The notes under the pieces are model-generated. The model worked only from the letters and a program-made list of their open reading frames with translations, did not search any database and had not been told where the DNA came from. From positions 1 through 60,642 of IMG/VR virus record IMGVR_UViG_3300031673_000043: DNA of 60,642 nt, one strand, 5' to 3'. Shown piece after piece: positions 30,805 through 38,268 of the stretch. The stretch comes from a virus. Lineage: Duplodnaviria > Caudoviricetes. A program made the position numbers and the translations under genes. Each line of letters opens with the position of its first letter. Positions within the stretch are counted from its first letter, which is position 1.

Positions 30805-30881
30805 ACACAGTGAGATATGGATCGAGGAACGATAAGGAACCACAGGAAGTGATAGGTAGTGACTGGACACGTCAGGGAATA

Positions 30882-30897
30882 TGGCACAGGAGTTGCT
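30882..30897 (+). promoter_or_regulatory. sigma54 promoter P4
   Basis: TGGCACAGGAGTTGCT. Confidence 0.88.
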
Positions 30898-30933
30898 GCT
30901 CTCCAGGGTAGAACTTCAACAGGAGGTCCCAGG

Positions 30934-31398
30934 ATGGCAAATAGATTTAGTACTTTCTTTAGGAGTGCAAAGCTCTGGGTACATAGGAGAAGCGAGAGCA
31001 GAGAAGTGGTCAGCAACGGGGAGTGCCTGTTCATCCTCCCTTTGGATCAGATACCACAAAAATTTCACCTCCCTATCAGGGGTTACGGGTGCTGGGAAGA
31101 GGGCATAGACACCCCCTTCCCTATTCCCCTTCGACGTGCTTTGTCTAGGTACCTCAGGGATGAGAGCTGTGTCTCTCTCACAGTGGAAAAGAGAGCAATA
31201 AGGCACGGGGACTATATTGTGCGCCTTTTAGTTGATTCCACTGGGGTGTTACAGATACCCGTACAGAGAAAGTATCTTCAGTATACTGCGTTCTTTTTTG
31301 GAAAAGGCCTAACATTCAAAACAACGAGTCAATGGGCCCCAGTTGCACTATACCAGGGGAAGAGGTACGTAGGATGCATCATGCCTATAAGGGTATAA
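30934..31398 (+). CDS. Hypothetical protein, AT-richer (P4 cassette)
   Basis: Start revised to ATG 30934 after AGGAGG. Confidence 0.7.
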   Translation: MANRFSTFFRSAKLWVHRRSESREVVSNGECLFILPLDQIPQKFHLPIRGYGCWEEGIDTPFPIPLRRALSRYLRDESCVSLTVEKRAIRHGDYIVRLLVDSTGVLQIPVQRKYLQYTAFFFGKGLTFKTTSQWAPVALYQGKRYVGCIMPIRV

Positions 31399-31451
31399 CC
31401 CAGCCGACCGGAGGGAGTGCCGGGGATCTTCGGGTCCTCGGCACTTCCCTC

Positions 31452-31483
31452 TTGAACTCTAACACTCGATTTGATATAATCGA
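31452..31483 (+). promoter_or_regulatory. sigma70 promoter overlapped by a palindromic operator (motif copy 2)
   Basis: TTGAAC-N17-TATAAT with extended TG; TCGATT-TGATAT-AATCGA at 31466..31483. Confidence 0.75.
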
Positions 31484-31509
31484 AGGACACACTCAACCAG
31501 GAGGCCGCA

Positions 31510-32634
31510 ATGAAGATCACAGTCAGCAAGAAGGAACTGCTCCTGTCCCTGAAGAAGGTCTGCTCAGTGACACCAGGGAAGACAACCCTCCCGATCCTGC
31601 AGTACGCTCTGATCGAGACGGACAAGCTCGGGACCGGGATCTCCTCCACCGATCTCGACCAGTGGGTCACCGTCAGGATCCACGGGAAGATCGAGAAGGC
31701 AGGCAAGGGGATCTTGCCAGTCAGGAAGATGGACAAGGCGCTGAAAGCCCTCCCTGGCAGCTCCGTCACCATCACCCTCGAGGGGAACAAGGTCTTCATG
31801 AAGTGCGGGAAGACAACCCTCGAGATGGAGACCAGGCCGCTCGAGGACTTCCCTCAGATTCCGAAGGTCAACTCCGAGTTCGGCCTCGAGATCGATCCCT
31901 TCCTCATGACCGAGATCCTGAAGAAGTCCCTGTATGCCGTCTCCACAGACCTCACCAGACCCGCGCTCACCGGGGTCCTGTTCCGTCTCAGCAAAGGCAG
32001 GCTCACTGTGGTCTCCACAGACGGGCACCGGCTCTGCAAGATCGAGACTGGAGCGGTCAAGATCCATGACACCAGGAAACCCCAAGACATCATCATCCCG
32101 TCAAAGAGCCTGAAGATCCTCCAGGACCACGCGGAGAAGGACGGCACACTCTGGGCTTACATCGGCCCGGATTGGATGCAGTTCTCAACCTATGACAATG
32201 AAGGCAAGGGAGTCATGCAACTCCGCTCCAGGCTCATCGAGGGACCTTTTCCGAAGTTCGAGAACGTCATCCCTCAGCACACAGACAAGACCTGCACGTT
32301 CTCGCGTGAGGATCTCCTCGCGTCCGTCAAGAGACTCTCGGTGTTCTCGAACAAGCCGACTAATCAGATCAAGTTCGAGGTCCAGCCGAAGAAGATCTCT
32401 CTGAGCGCTGAGAATGAGGAGCTCGGCAAGGCCTCCGAAGATCTCGAGTGTACAGCGAACAGCACGGTCACAGTCGGATACAATGCCCTCTACCTGCAGC
32501 AGGCCCTGAGCACCCTCGAGAGCGAGGAGCTCACGCTCAACCTGGAGAGACCGGACACTGCCGCACTTATCCAGGAGGAGCTCGAGGAGATCAAGCACAT
32601 GGTGATTGTCATGCCGCTGAGACTGGAGGGATGA
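31510..32634 (+). CDS. dnaN: DNA polymerase III beta sliding clamp
   Basis: 374 aa; TTLPIL, STDL, RPALTGV, STDGHRL, SRLIEGPFP..ENVIP, GYNALYL and VMPLRL motifs. Confidence 0.93.
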   Translation: MKITVSKKELLLSLKKVCSVTPGKTTLPILQYALIETDKLGTGISSTDLDQWVTVRIHGKIEKAGKGILPVRKMDKALKALPGSSVTITLEGNKVFMKCGKTTLEMETRPLEDFPQIPKVNSEFGLEIDPFLMTEILKKSLYAVSTDLTRPALTGVLFRLSKGRLTVVSTDGHRLCKIETGAVKIHDTRKPQDIIIPSKSLKILQDHAEKDGTLWAYIGPDWMQFSTYDNEGKGVMQLRSRLIEGPFPKFENVIPQHTDKTCTFSREDLLASVKRLSVFSNKPTNQIKFEVQPKKISLSAENEELGKASEDLECTANSTVTVGYNALYLQQALSTLESEELTLNLERPDTAALIQEELEEIKHMVIVMPLRLEG

Positions 32635-32635
32635 C

Positions 32636-32845
32636 ATGAGGAAGTGCACCACCTGTGGGAAGAGGAACCGCTCGGAGCGCTTCAAACAGTGCAAGCACTG
32701 CAGGGAAGTCGGAGCAGCGAGATCGAAGAGACGCTACGGCAGGCACAAGAGGAACGAGCGCTGTGTGAGGTGTGGAACGAAGAGGAAGAGCAAGTCCAGG
32801 TCCTACTGCAAGAAGTGCCTGGCATACCTGAGCAACTACTGGTAA
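32636..32845 (+). CDS. Basic Cys-rich zinc-finger protein
   Basis: Four CxxC pairs. Confidence 0.7.
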   Translation: MRKCTTCGKRNRSERFKQCKHCREVGAARSKRRYGRHKRNERCVRCGTKRKSKSRSYCKKCLAYLSNYW

Positions 32846-32854
32846 GGAGACATC

Positions 32855-33721
32855 ATGGCCCGCGAATACTTCAGAGACTGGAACCCGAACGACAGCACCA
32901 GGGCCCTCGTTGCCCAGTGTGCTCAGATCCTCGAGGAGCTCAGCGCTTACAGGCTCACCCTCCGGCAGCTCTACTACCAGCTGGTCTCGAGGAACATCAT
33001 CACGAACGAGGAGAGATCCTACAAGAACCTCAGCCGGGCAGTCACCCGCGCCAGGCTCGCCGGGATCCTGGACTGGGATGCAATCGAGGACCGTGTTCGA
33101 CAGCCGGACTTCCCTCCTGAGTTCAACAACCTCAAGGACCTGGTGGAGGCCGCGCTGAGATCCTACAGACTCCCGCGCTGGGACGGTCAGGAGTACTATG
33201 CCGAGCTCTGGGTCGAGAAGGATGCTCTGGCCTCCGTGCTCCGTCCCCTGGCCCGGAAGTACCACGTGGTCCTGATGGTCAACAGAGGGTACTCGAGCGC
33301 CTCGGCAATGTATGACGCGGCGAAGCGCTTCCTCGACCACAGGGACCAGGACTGCACGCTCTTCTACCTGGGGGATCTCGACCCCTCCGGTGAGGACATG
33401 GTCAGGGACATCTCGGACCGGCTCGCTGAGTTCAATGCTGATGTCCAGGTCGAGAAGATAGCGCTCACAATGGAGCAGGTCCAGGAGCACCAGCCTCCCC
33501 CGAACCCCGCGAAGATCACGGACCCTCGAGCAGCTGACTTCATTGCCCGGTATGGTCACGAGTCCTGGGAGGTCGATGCTCTCCCTCCTGCAGTACTCGA
33601 GCAGCTCATCTCCGAGAAGATCGAGAGCGTCCTGGATCTCACGCTCTACAGCGGAGTGATCCAGAAGGAGGAGCGAGACAAGCGGCTCCTGAAGAAGACC
33701 GTTGCCGGGCTCGAGGGATAG
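32855..33721 (+). CDS. Toprim-domain protein (Topo VI A/Spo11-like)
   Basis: LRQLYY, WVEKDAL, GYSS, YLGDLDPSG and EVDAL motifs. Confidence 0.75.
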   Translation: MAREYFRDWNPNDSTRALVAQCAQILEELSAYRLTLRQLYYQLVSRNIITNEERSYKNLSRAVTRARLAGILDWDAIEDRVRQPDFPPEFNNLKDLVEAALRSYRLPRWDGQEYYAELWVEKDALASVLRPLARKYHVVLMVNRGYSSASAMYDAAKRFLDHRDQDCTLFYLGDLDPSGEDMVRDISDRLAEFNADVQVEKIALTMEQVQEHQPPPNPAKITDPRAADFIARYGHESWEVDALPPAVLEQLISEKIESVLDLTLYSGVIQKEERDKRLLKKTVAGLEG

Positions 33722-33753
33722 TGCAAAGATCCTCCTGTTGATTGCGTTCTGCA
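33722..33753 (+). promoter_or_regulatory. Enhancer-like UAS of P5
   Basis: TGCA 33722, TGCG 33743, TGCA 33750. Confidence 0.55.
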
Positions 33754-33871
33754 CGTCCGCTTGACACCTCCTGAGCGGATCCCTCCGAGGCCCTGAGAGA
33801 CCCTCCACCGTAGAGAGCTGGCACTCAATAACTTACGGGGAGGGTCTTTCCATGTCTGGATCTCCTGAAAT

Positions 33872-33887
33872 TGGCACGGTCCCTGCT
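33872..33887 (+). promoter_or_regulatory. sigma54 promoter P5
   Basis: TGGCACGGTCCCTGCT, identical to P1. Confidence 0.85.
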
Positions 33888-33927
33888 ATAGCCTATAGTT
33901 AGGAACGCAAACAACAGGAGGCTTGAG

Positions 33928-34407
33928 ATGGAAAACTTCACCAGAGATAAGATACACGCCGAGATGGTCAAGGTCCTTCACCAGTATGTCTGTGCCTGGG
34001 GAGAGCATCACGAGGAGCTCACCGATCAGGGTCACATGGACGTAGTCACCAGGTGTGACGGGTTCGGTAGGATGAGCGCTGAGCAGCTCCAGGAGCTCGG
34101 GATCGAGTGGGACTGGTCACACGTCAGGGACAGCAGTGATGAGGCCATAGAGGAGGCCTATCAGGTTCTGATGACTATCCTCGAGGAGGTCAAGGCTCCG
34201 AGCTCGAAGAGATGCAGCAGCTACTCGGCTCAGGAGATCACCAGGGAGATCAAGGCTCTCCTGAAGAAGGCCTCCGAGACCTACGGCAAGAAGGTCAAGA
34301 AGATCGACCACATGATCGAGATCTTCGGCAACCCCACCGAGTCCGTCCGTCTGACCGTGGTGTTCGAGGTCGAGGGACGGCAGGTCAGGACCTCCTGTGC
34401 ACTCTGA
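33928..34407 (+). CDS. Hypothetical protein (P5 cassette)
   Basis: AGGAGG RBS. Confidence 0.75.
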   Translation: MENFTRDKIHAEMVKVLHQYVCAWGEHHEELTDQGHMDVVTRCDGFGRMSAEQLQELGIEWDWSHVRDSSDEAIEEAYQVLMTILEEVKAPSSKRCSSYSAQEITREIKALLKKASETYGKKVKKIDHMIEIFGNPTESVRLTVVFEVEGRQVRTSCAL

Positions 34408-34433
34408 GATCTCAACCAGGGTGCCGCGTTCGG

Positions 34434-34468
34434 GGAGCTCGGGTCCACAGGATCCGGGCTCTCTTTTT
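34434..34468 (+). terminator. Putative intrinsic terminator
   Basis: GAGCTCGGGTCC/GGATCCGGGCTC stem followed by TCTTTTT. Confidence 0.55.
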
Positions 34469-34504
34469 GCAGTAAATCTCTGCACTTTGCACTCTGCAGC
34501 TGCA
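34468..34504 (+). promoter_or_regulatory. Enhancer-like UAS of P6
   Basis: TGCA at 34468, 34481, 34488, 34495 and 34501. Confidence 0.55.
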
Positions 34505-34612
34505 GGATCCGGGGCCCCCGTTCTCCTCGAGGCGAAAAGACCCCCCGTATAACCCTATGTAATAACAGCTTATTACAGCCCGATTTTCTCCTCGAGGCGA
34601 GCCGGGAGGGAC

Positions 34613-34628
34613 TGGCACAGGCCTTGCT
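34613..34628 (+). promoter_or_regulatory. sigma54 promoter P6
   Basis: TGGCACAGGCCTTGCT. Confidence 0.9.
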
Positions 34629-34665
34629 ATGGTATAGGGTAGGAACGCAAACAGGAGGTCAAGAG

Positions 34666-35508
34666 ATGAACGGAACCAGCAAGAGAACAGATCCCCACCG
34701 AGTCGGAGCAATCAACCCCGAGGATTATGAGTACCACATGAGCTTCAGCGGGGCCTCGACTGTGGACGGTTGGCCTATCCCCCCGATGTATGTGGACGTG
34801 GTCATCGAGATGAAGAAGGCCGGGGAGCTCGTGAACATTCACAACTCGATCTTCCAGTGTGACGTGTGCGGCGCTCACTACGTGCACGGTGAGGTCTGGT
34901 ACCACATCCCGAGCGGGAAGTACACCACCATCGGTCACGAGTGCGCGGCGAAGTACAACCTGGTCACTGACTACAGTCACTATGACAGTGTCTACCAGGC
35001 TCACATCACGAAGGCCGTCAGGAGAGCTCGCAGGATCCAGGCCTGGAGATCGATGAGGAACATCATGAGCAACTACCCGGATCTCAGGGAGGCCTTCAAG
35101 GTTGACAACGAAGTCACCCGCGACATCCGGTCCAGGTTCATCCAGTTCGGGACCATCAGCATGAAGCAGATCGAGCTCCTCAGGACCCTCAAGAAGAGAG
35201 CCGATGAGCAGGCCGCTGAGACCTGGATCGATGCCCCTGAGGGACGCTTCGAGATCATCGGCACCGTGCTCAGCGCCAGGGTCGATGAGGGCCCCTACGG
35301 GATGACCTACAAGATGCTGGTCAAGGTCGATACTGAGGCCGGATCCTGGAAGACCTGGGGGACCGTCCCGAAGAGCATCACGGACGCGCCCTACTTCAGC
35401 CTGCAGGATCTCAAGGGCTGCACTGTCCGCTTCACCGGTACGGTCAAAAGAGCTGATGACCAGGGGTTCAGCTTCTTCTCGAGACCGGTCAAGGGTGAGG
35501 TCCTCTAA
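34666..35508 (+). CDS. Hypothetical protein with Cys/His cluster and OB-fold-like C-terminus (P6 cassette)
   Basis: Start revised to ATG 34666; CDVCG...GHEC; beta-rich C-terminus ending FFSRP. Confidence 0.7.
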   Translation: MNGTSKRTDPHRVGAINPEDYEYHMSFSGASTVDGWPIPPMYVDVVIEMKKAGELVNIHNSIFQCDVCGAHYVHGEVWYHIPSGKYTTIGHECAAKYNLVTDYSHYDSVYQAHITKAVRRARRIQAWRSMRNIMSNYPDLREAFKVDNEVTRDIRSRFIQFGTISMKQIELLRTLKKRADEQAAETWIDAPEGRFEIIGTVLSARVDEGPYGMTYKMLVKVDTEAGSWKTWGTVPKSITDAPYFSLQDLKGCTVRFTGTVKRADDQGFSFFSRPVKGEVL

Positions 35509-35570
35509 GAGATCCACAGGAGGGGAGCTCGAGATCTCGAACGGGCTCCCCTGGTAGTTTACTTTCCCAT

Positions 35571-35602
35571 TGCAAAACAAAACTACCAGAGTGCAACCTG
35601 CA
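35571..35602 (+). promoter_or_regulatory. Enhancer-like UAS of P7
   Basis: TGCA at 35571, 35592 and 35599. Confidence 0.6.
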
Positions 35603-35667
35603 CGGGATCTCGACCGGTACCGGGGATCCCCGCTCCTGTAACTTGTTATATATCAACACCCGCTGAC

Positions 35668-35683
35668 TGGCACGGCGCTTGCT
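35668..35683 (+). promoter_or_regulatory. sigma54 promoter P7
   Basis: TGGCACGGCGCTTGCT. Confidence 0.9.
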
Positions 35684-35721
35684 ATGACTATAGGTAGAAC
35701 GCAAACAAGAAGGAGATCGAG

Positions 35722-35883
35722 ATGACGAACGAGAAGAAGATAGACAGCAAGACCGACACCAGGAGCCTCTGGGAGATCGAGATGCCGGTTGCAGATCTGA
35801 GACCTGGGAAGATCGAGACCGTTGAGAGTCTACATGACAGAGTCCGTCACGCTCGAGAGATGAGCTTCAGCAACTACCGTTAA
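35722..35883 (+). CDS. 53-aa hypothetical protein (absent from the ORF track)
   Basis: AAGGAG RBS in the conserved leader; MTNEKKIDSK...FSNYR. Confidence 0.7.
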   Translation: MTNEKKIDSKTDTRSLWEIEMPVADLRPGKIETVESLHDRVRHAREMSFSNYR

Positions 35884-35918
35884 TGGACACTAACCGGAAG
35901 TAACTGACACGGAGGTGC

Positions 35919-36233
35919 ATGATGAAAAGATGTGAACAGTGTGGGGGGAATCGTTTCTACCTCCTACTTGGCCTCAATGCAGAGGGACGCTTTGACGATG
36001 AGGGGACAATGGTGGTTTCCGGTATAGAGGCATCCCTCGACCATACGATAGAGTCAATGGAGTGCGCGGAGTGCGGCGCAGTGCACGAGGAACCAGTAGG
36101 GCGCGTCTTCGATCGTTTCTCCACTGAACCTGTAAAAGTACGGGTCGAGAGGGGAGTAGCAGAGGTGGAAAGGAACCCCCACCCGGCTATTGAAGTAGAG
36201 ATAGAGGACCTTGACCTAGACGTGAGGATGTGA
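35919..36233 (+). CDS. Zinc-ribbon hypothetical protein
   Basis: GGAGG RBS; CEQCG...CAECG. Confidence 0.7.
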   Translation: MMKRCEQCGGNRFYLLLGLNAEGRFDDEGTMVVSGIEASLDHTIESMECAECGAVHEEPVGRVFDRFSTEPVKVRVERGVAEVERNPHPAIEVEIEDLDLDVRM

Positions 36234-36250
36234 ACCTCTGGTCCAGACAC

Positions 36251-36290
36251 AGAGAGAGCTCCCGTCCGTGAGGATAGGAGCTCTTCTTCT
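36251..36290. terminator. Putative bidirectional terminator
   Basis: AGAGCTCC/GGAGCTCT stem between convergent genes. Confidence 0.55.
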
Positions 36291-36308
36291 GTCCGCTAGG
36301 CTCCCCTG

Positions 36309-36728
36309 CTACTCATACCAGTAGTCCAGGATGCAGTATGCAGCTGTCCCGGTGAACACCTCGACCGAGTCGATCTCAGGACCGTAGAACATCATGTCAT
36401 AGGTCTGAGTGATGACCACTCCCCCAGGGTAGGTGAGCGTCCTCCAGGTCCCTGATCCTACATCCTTGATCTTCACCTGGACCGAGTCCACCGCGTTCGA
36501 TCCTACCTTGACAGTGAGTCTCCAGAACCTACTCGAGTGATCGAGCGCTTCAGGAACCCCGTCAGTCCCTGGTCTCCATAGTGCTGTCCCGAAGTAAGGG
36601 TATCCGGGAGGACGGTCAATCCTCGCGTGTGCGTCATCCGGTGGAGGAGGGACATCGAACATCAAGAGCAATGCCGTTGCCACTACCACCAGGACTGCAG
36701 CGAGTAAGATCTTGAACTTCTTGTTCAT
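36309..36728 (-). CDS. Exported or membrane-anchored protein
   Basis: MNKKFKILLAAVLVVVATALLL signal/anchor. Confidence 0.7.
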   Translation of the reverse strand: MNKKFKILLAAVLVVVATALLLMFDVPPPPDDAHARIDRPPGYPYFGTALWRPGTDGVPEALDHSSRFWRLTVKVGSNAVDSVQVKIKDVGSGTWRTLTYPGGVVITQTYDMMFYGPEIDSVEVFTGTAAYCILDYWYE

Positions 36729-36778
36729 GATGCACCTCCTCCTGGGAGCCTAATGCTAGAGCTCTATAGTGTCAAGTC

Positions 36779-37144
36779 CTACTTGCACGCTCCCCGGAGG
36801 AAGGTATCGACCTGCTCAACCAGGCGCTGAGCTTCGGTGTTCGAGGGCACGGTTCCGATCTTGCTCCTCCAAACAACAGCGGACCTGACCACAGGGAGCA
36901 CCTGGAGCAGCGTACCTGCAATGACAGGTATCTCGGTCCGCGCCTTGATCCCGAGTTCGTCATCCCTCATCGGTTCCTTCAGCGTGCTCAGGAATGTAGC
37001 ACACCGGGTTGTCATGCTAGGATCGATACAGGGGACTGACATGATCCCGTGCTCCACCAGGACGGCCTGCAGATCTGGAGTGAGTTCCCCACCATAGAGG
37101 AGCTTCTGGAACGCGCTCTTCAGTTCGTCATACTTCTCCGGCAT
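36779..37144 (-). CDS. Hypothetical protein
   Basis: Start revised to MPEKYDE. Confidence 0.6.
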   Translation of the reverse strand: MPEKYDELKSAFQKLLYGGELTPDLQAVLVEHGIMSVPCIDPSMTTRCATFLSTLKEPMRDDELGIKARTEIPVIAGTLLQVLPVVRSAVVWRSKIGTVPSNTEAQRLVEQVDTFLRGACK

Positions 37145-37145
37145 A

Positions 37146-37367
37146 TCAGTCACTCTCCTCTCTCGGCATCTCCGGCGCTTCACTCTCGAAGATGACTGTG
37201 AGGACGTTCGTGTCCTTGTCCTTGAGGTACCCGAGGAGCTCCTCGAGTGTGGTGTTGATCTCGAAGACTTGAGTGAGATCAACCTGCTTCGTTGCAGGAC
37301 CGGCCTGAGTCATCACTGGTCTCACGGTCTTAGTGATGACAACCGCTCTCTTCTTTCCTTGAGGCAT
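37146..37367 (-). CDS. Hypothetical protein
   Basis: AGGAG RBS. Confidence 0.65.
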   Translation of the reverse strand: MPQGKKRAVVITKTVRPVMTQAGPATKQVDLTQVFEINTTLEELLGYLKDKDTNVLTVIFESEAPEMPREESD

Positions 37368-37538
37368 GTGGTCTCCTGTTCTGTCTGTGGTCTAGTCGAA
37401 CGGGTTCCACCACTTCCCGTCCTTCTCGACCTGTAGGGTGTCTACCTTGACAACGGTGTCCGGTGGTTCGTGTTCACCGGTCTCTCCTTCCTGGTATCCT
37501 GGTACTCGAGCGAGTCATACCACAGGAGAGCACGCGAG

Positions 37539-37949
37539 TCAACCGAAGAACTCAGCGTCATACTCCTCGGTGTAGCGTCTCGAGATCAGGGGACCATAGA
37601 AGCGCTTCTTGTCCCGCTCGTTCTCGCTCCTGGATCCATAGCGCAAGTTGTCAGCGTGATTGTTCGAGGGATCCCCGTCCAGGTGCCTGACGTGAGCTTC
37701 CTCTCCGTCATACAGTGGAGGATCCCCGTGGAAGGCCTTGCAGATGAGACGGTGCAACCAGTAGGTGTGACGGATCCCCGCGTGCATGATCCTGATCTTC
37801 CGGTGTCCGTACTGGTTGCCCTGGTGGGAGCGGACCTCTCCCTGCTTCGGTCCCTTTACCCTGAAGACCCTACCGTCTCGATGGATCTCATGGTTCGGGA
37901 GCTCCTCGAGGATGACTACCTGGAGGATCTCTTCTGCTGGATCCGTCAC
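37539..37949 (-). CDS. HNH endonuclease-like protein
   Basis: HRLICKAFHG...RHLDGDPSNNHADNLRYG. Confidence 0.8.
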   Translation of the reverse strand: MTDPAEEILQVVILEELPNHEIHRDGRVFRVKGPKQGEVRSHQGNQYGHRKIRIMHAGIRHTYWLHRLICKAFHGDPPLYDGEEAHVRHLDGDPSNNHADNLRYGSRSENERDKKRFYGPLISRRYTEEYDAEFFG

Positions 37950-38266
37950 TTCAACTGATCCCCTGGGATCTCGACCTCGGACTGGATGACCTGGTCACCT
38001 ATAGTGAGCTCAAGCGTCAGCACCGCCTTCAGGACCCTGGCCTTGAGTGGGAGGGTGATCTCTCGAGGGACAGGGACCTTCCCGCTCTTCTTGCCGTGGG
38101 ATCTCTTCTTGCCCTTCTTCGTCTCGGGCGCTATGTAGACCTGACACGTACAACCGTCCTGGGTGCAAGAACACGGGACACTCTTCTCCTTCCCGTGCAC
38201 CATCTTCCTCATCCGGTGAAGGTTGTAGTCATGACCGCACTCTGCACATGGTTTTCTCACAGGCAT
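37946..38266 (-). CDS. Cys/His-rich hypothetical protein
   Basis: Start revised to MPVRKPC; CAECGH...CSC...CTC. Confidence 0.6.
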   Translation of the reverse strand: MPVRKPCAECGHDYNLHRMRKMVHGKEKSVPCSCTQDGCTCQVYIAPETKKGKKRSHGKKSGKVPVPREITLPLKARVLKAVLTLELTIGDQVIQSEVEIPGDQLK

Positions 38267-38268
38267 AA

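Noticed and set aside
33819-33834. Extra TGGCAC as an eighth sigma54 promoter
   Set aside because: No GC at the -12 position (TGGCACTCAATAACTT)
15000-35580. Long antisense or alternate-frame ORFs (e.g. 18069..19004, 23725..24831, 25434..26330, 32609..33808, 34627..35580)
   Set aside because: Shadows of well-supported genes, with no motifs or RBS
28403-35724. Repeated ~50-bp elements as a CRISPR or mini-array
   Set aside because: Copies are degenerate, separated by hundreds to thousands of bases of genes, and explained by promoter plus RBS
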